NCBI RefSeq assembly: GCF_008065095.1 | Contig: NZ_CP042911.1 | Coordinates: 300,001 to 332,000 of the forward strand | DNA: 32,000 nt | Origin: Gemmata obscuriglobus | GTDB taxonomy: Bacteria; Planctomycetota; Planctomycetia; Gemmatales; Gemmataceae | Direction: 5' to 3' | Part shown: positions 31,702 to 32,000 of the stretch, piece by piece | Numbering within the stretch: the stretch's first letter is position 1 | Layout of the letters: the number at the start of each line of letters is the position of its first letter | Made by a program: the position numbers and the translations under genes | The notes under the pieces: generated by a model | What the model was told of the DNA's origin: nothing | Databases searched by the model: none | The model's input: the letters and a program-made list of their open reading frames with translations, nothing else

Positions 31702-32000
31702 TTATCGTTCCCAGAGTTTGCGGTCGAGGGCGCGGAACCCGATGGCCTCGGCGACGTGGTCCTGGCCGATGCGGTCGCTGCCGGCCAGGTCGGCGATCGT
31801 GCGCGCCACCCGCAGGATGCGGTCGTGCGCCCGGGCCGACAGCCCCAGCGCGTCCATCGCCTCCTTGAGCGTGGCCTGACCGTCGGCGTCCAGTGCGCAG
31901 TGGGTGCGGATCTGCTTGGCGGTCATGCGCCCGTTCAGTCCGCCGGCGTTATCCCCGAACCGCGCCGCCTGCACCGCCCGGGCCGCGAACACCTGCTCGC
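31702..32000 (-). CDS. yifB: YifB/ComM-family Mg-chelatase-like AAA+ ATPase, C-terminal end only (the gene continues beyond the window)
   Basis: GLSARAHDRILRVARTIADLAGSDRIGQDHVAEAIGFRALDR is the typical YifB C-terminal helical domain. The frame remains open to position 32000. Confidence 0.75.
   Translation of the reverse strand, partial: EQVFAARAVQAARFGDNAGGLNGRMTAKQIRTHCALDADGQATLKEAMDALGLSARAHDRILRVARTIADLAGSDRIGQDHVAEAIGFRALDRKLWER

Noticed and set aside
1-32000. Search for tRNA, rRNA, tmRNA, riboswitch-like or CRISPR features in all intergenic gaps longer than 150 nt
   Set aside because: I could not recognise a cloverleaf-compatible sequence, a conserved rRNA stretch, or a repeat-spacer periodicity by eye. 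A covariance-model scan (Infernal/Rfam, tRNAscan-SE) would be needed to exclude small ncRNAs.

Overview
This is a high-GC bacterial chromosomal segment. Its gene content looks Planctomycetota, Gemmata-like: an ECF sigma next to a Ser/Thr-kinase-WD40 protein, many signal-peptide proteins with P/K-rich tails, a DUF11 protein, and few Shine-Dalgarno sites. That taxon call is inference only. All product calls rest on motifs read by eye, because no database search was possible.

I support about 30 protein genes.
- Housekeeping: rbfA-like, class-V aminotransferase, rpmB, PlsC-type acyltransferase, gpsA, YifB C-terminus.
- Signalling: an ECF sigma plus a kinase gene that the ORF track misses because it runs off the left edge.
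- Redox: an ApbE-DUF2271 fusion plus a PepSY-like membrane protein.
- Exported or conserved hypothetical proteins, several of them.
- One intact 1068-bp IS with 17-bp terminal inverted repeats and a 6-bp target duplication.
- Strong GC-rich terminator hairpins, and at least three kinds of long (80-120 nt) imperfect palindromic intergenic elements.

Most long ORFs in the track are R/G/P/A-rich off-frame or antisense artefacts of the high GC content. I saw no rRNA, tRNA or CRISPR array.

Candidates most worth a second look:
1. The sigma / zinc-finger-kinase-WD40 module (1-2814).
2. A tightly packed three-gene cassette with atypical codon usage ending in DUF4291 (7334-8714).
3. An overlapping small-protein / retropepsin-like protease pair (12621-13297).
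4. A stand-alone TagJ/ImpE homologue with no T6SS genes nearby (24055-24855).
5. A sigma54-type promoter, a 60-aa ORF and a terminator placed ahead of two paralogous exported proteins (26388-30230).
6. A low-GC reading frame of 128 codons broken by one in-frame TGA (31032-31418).
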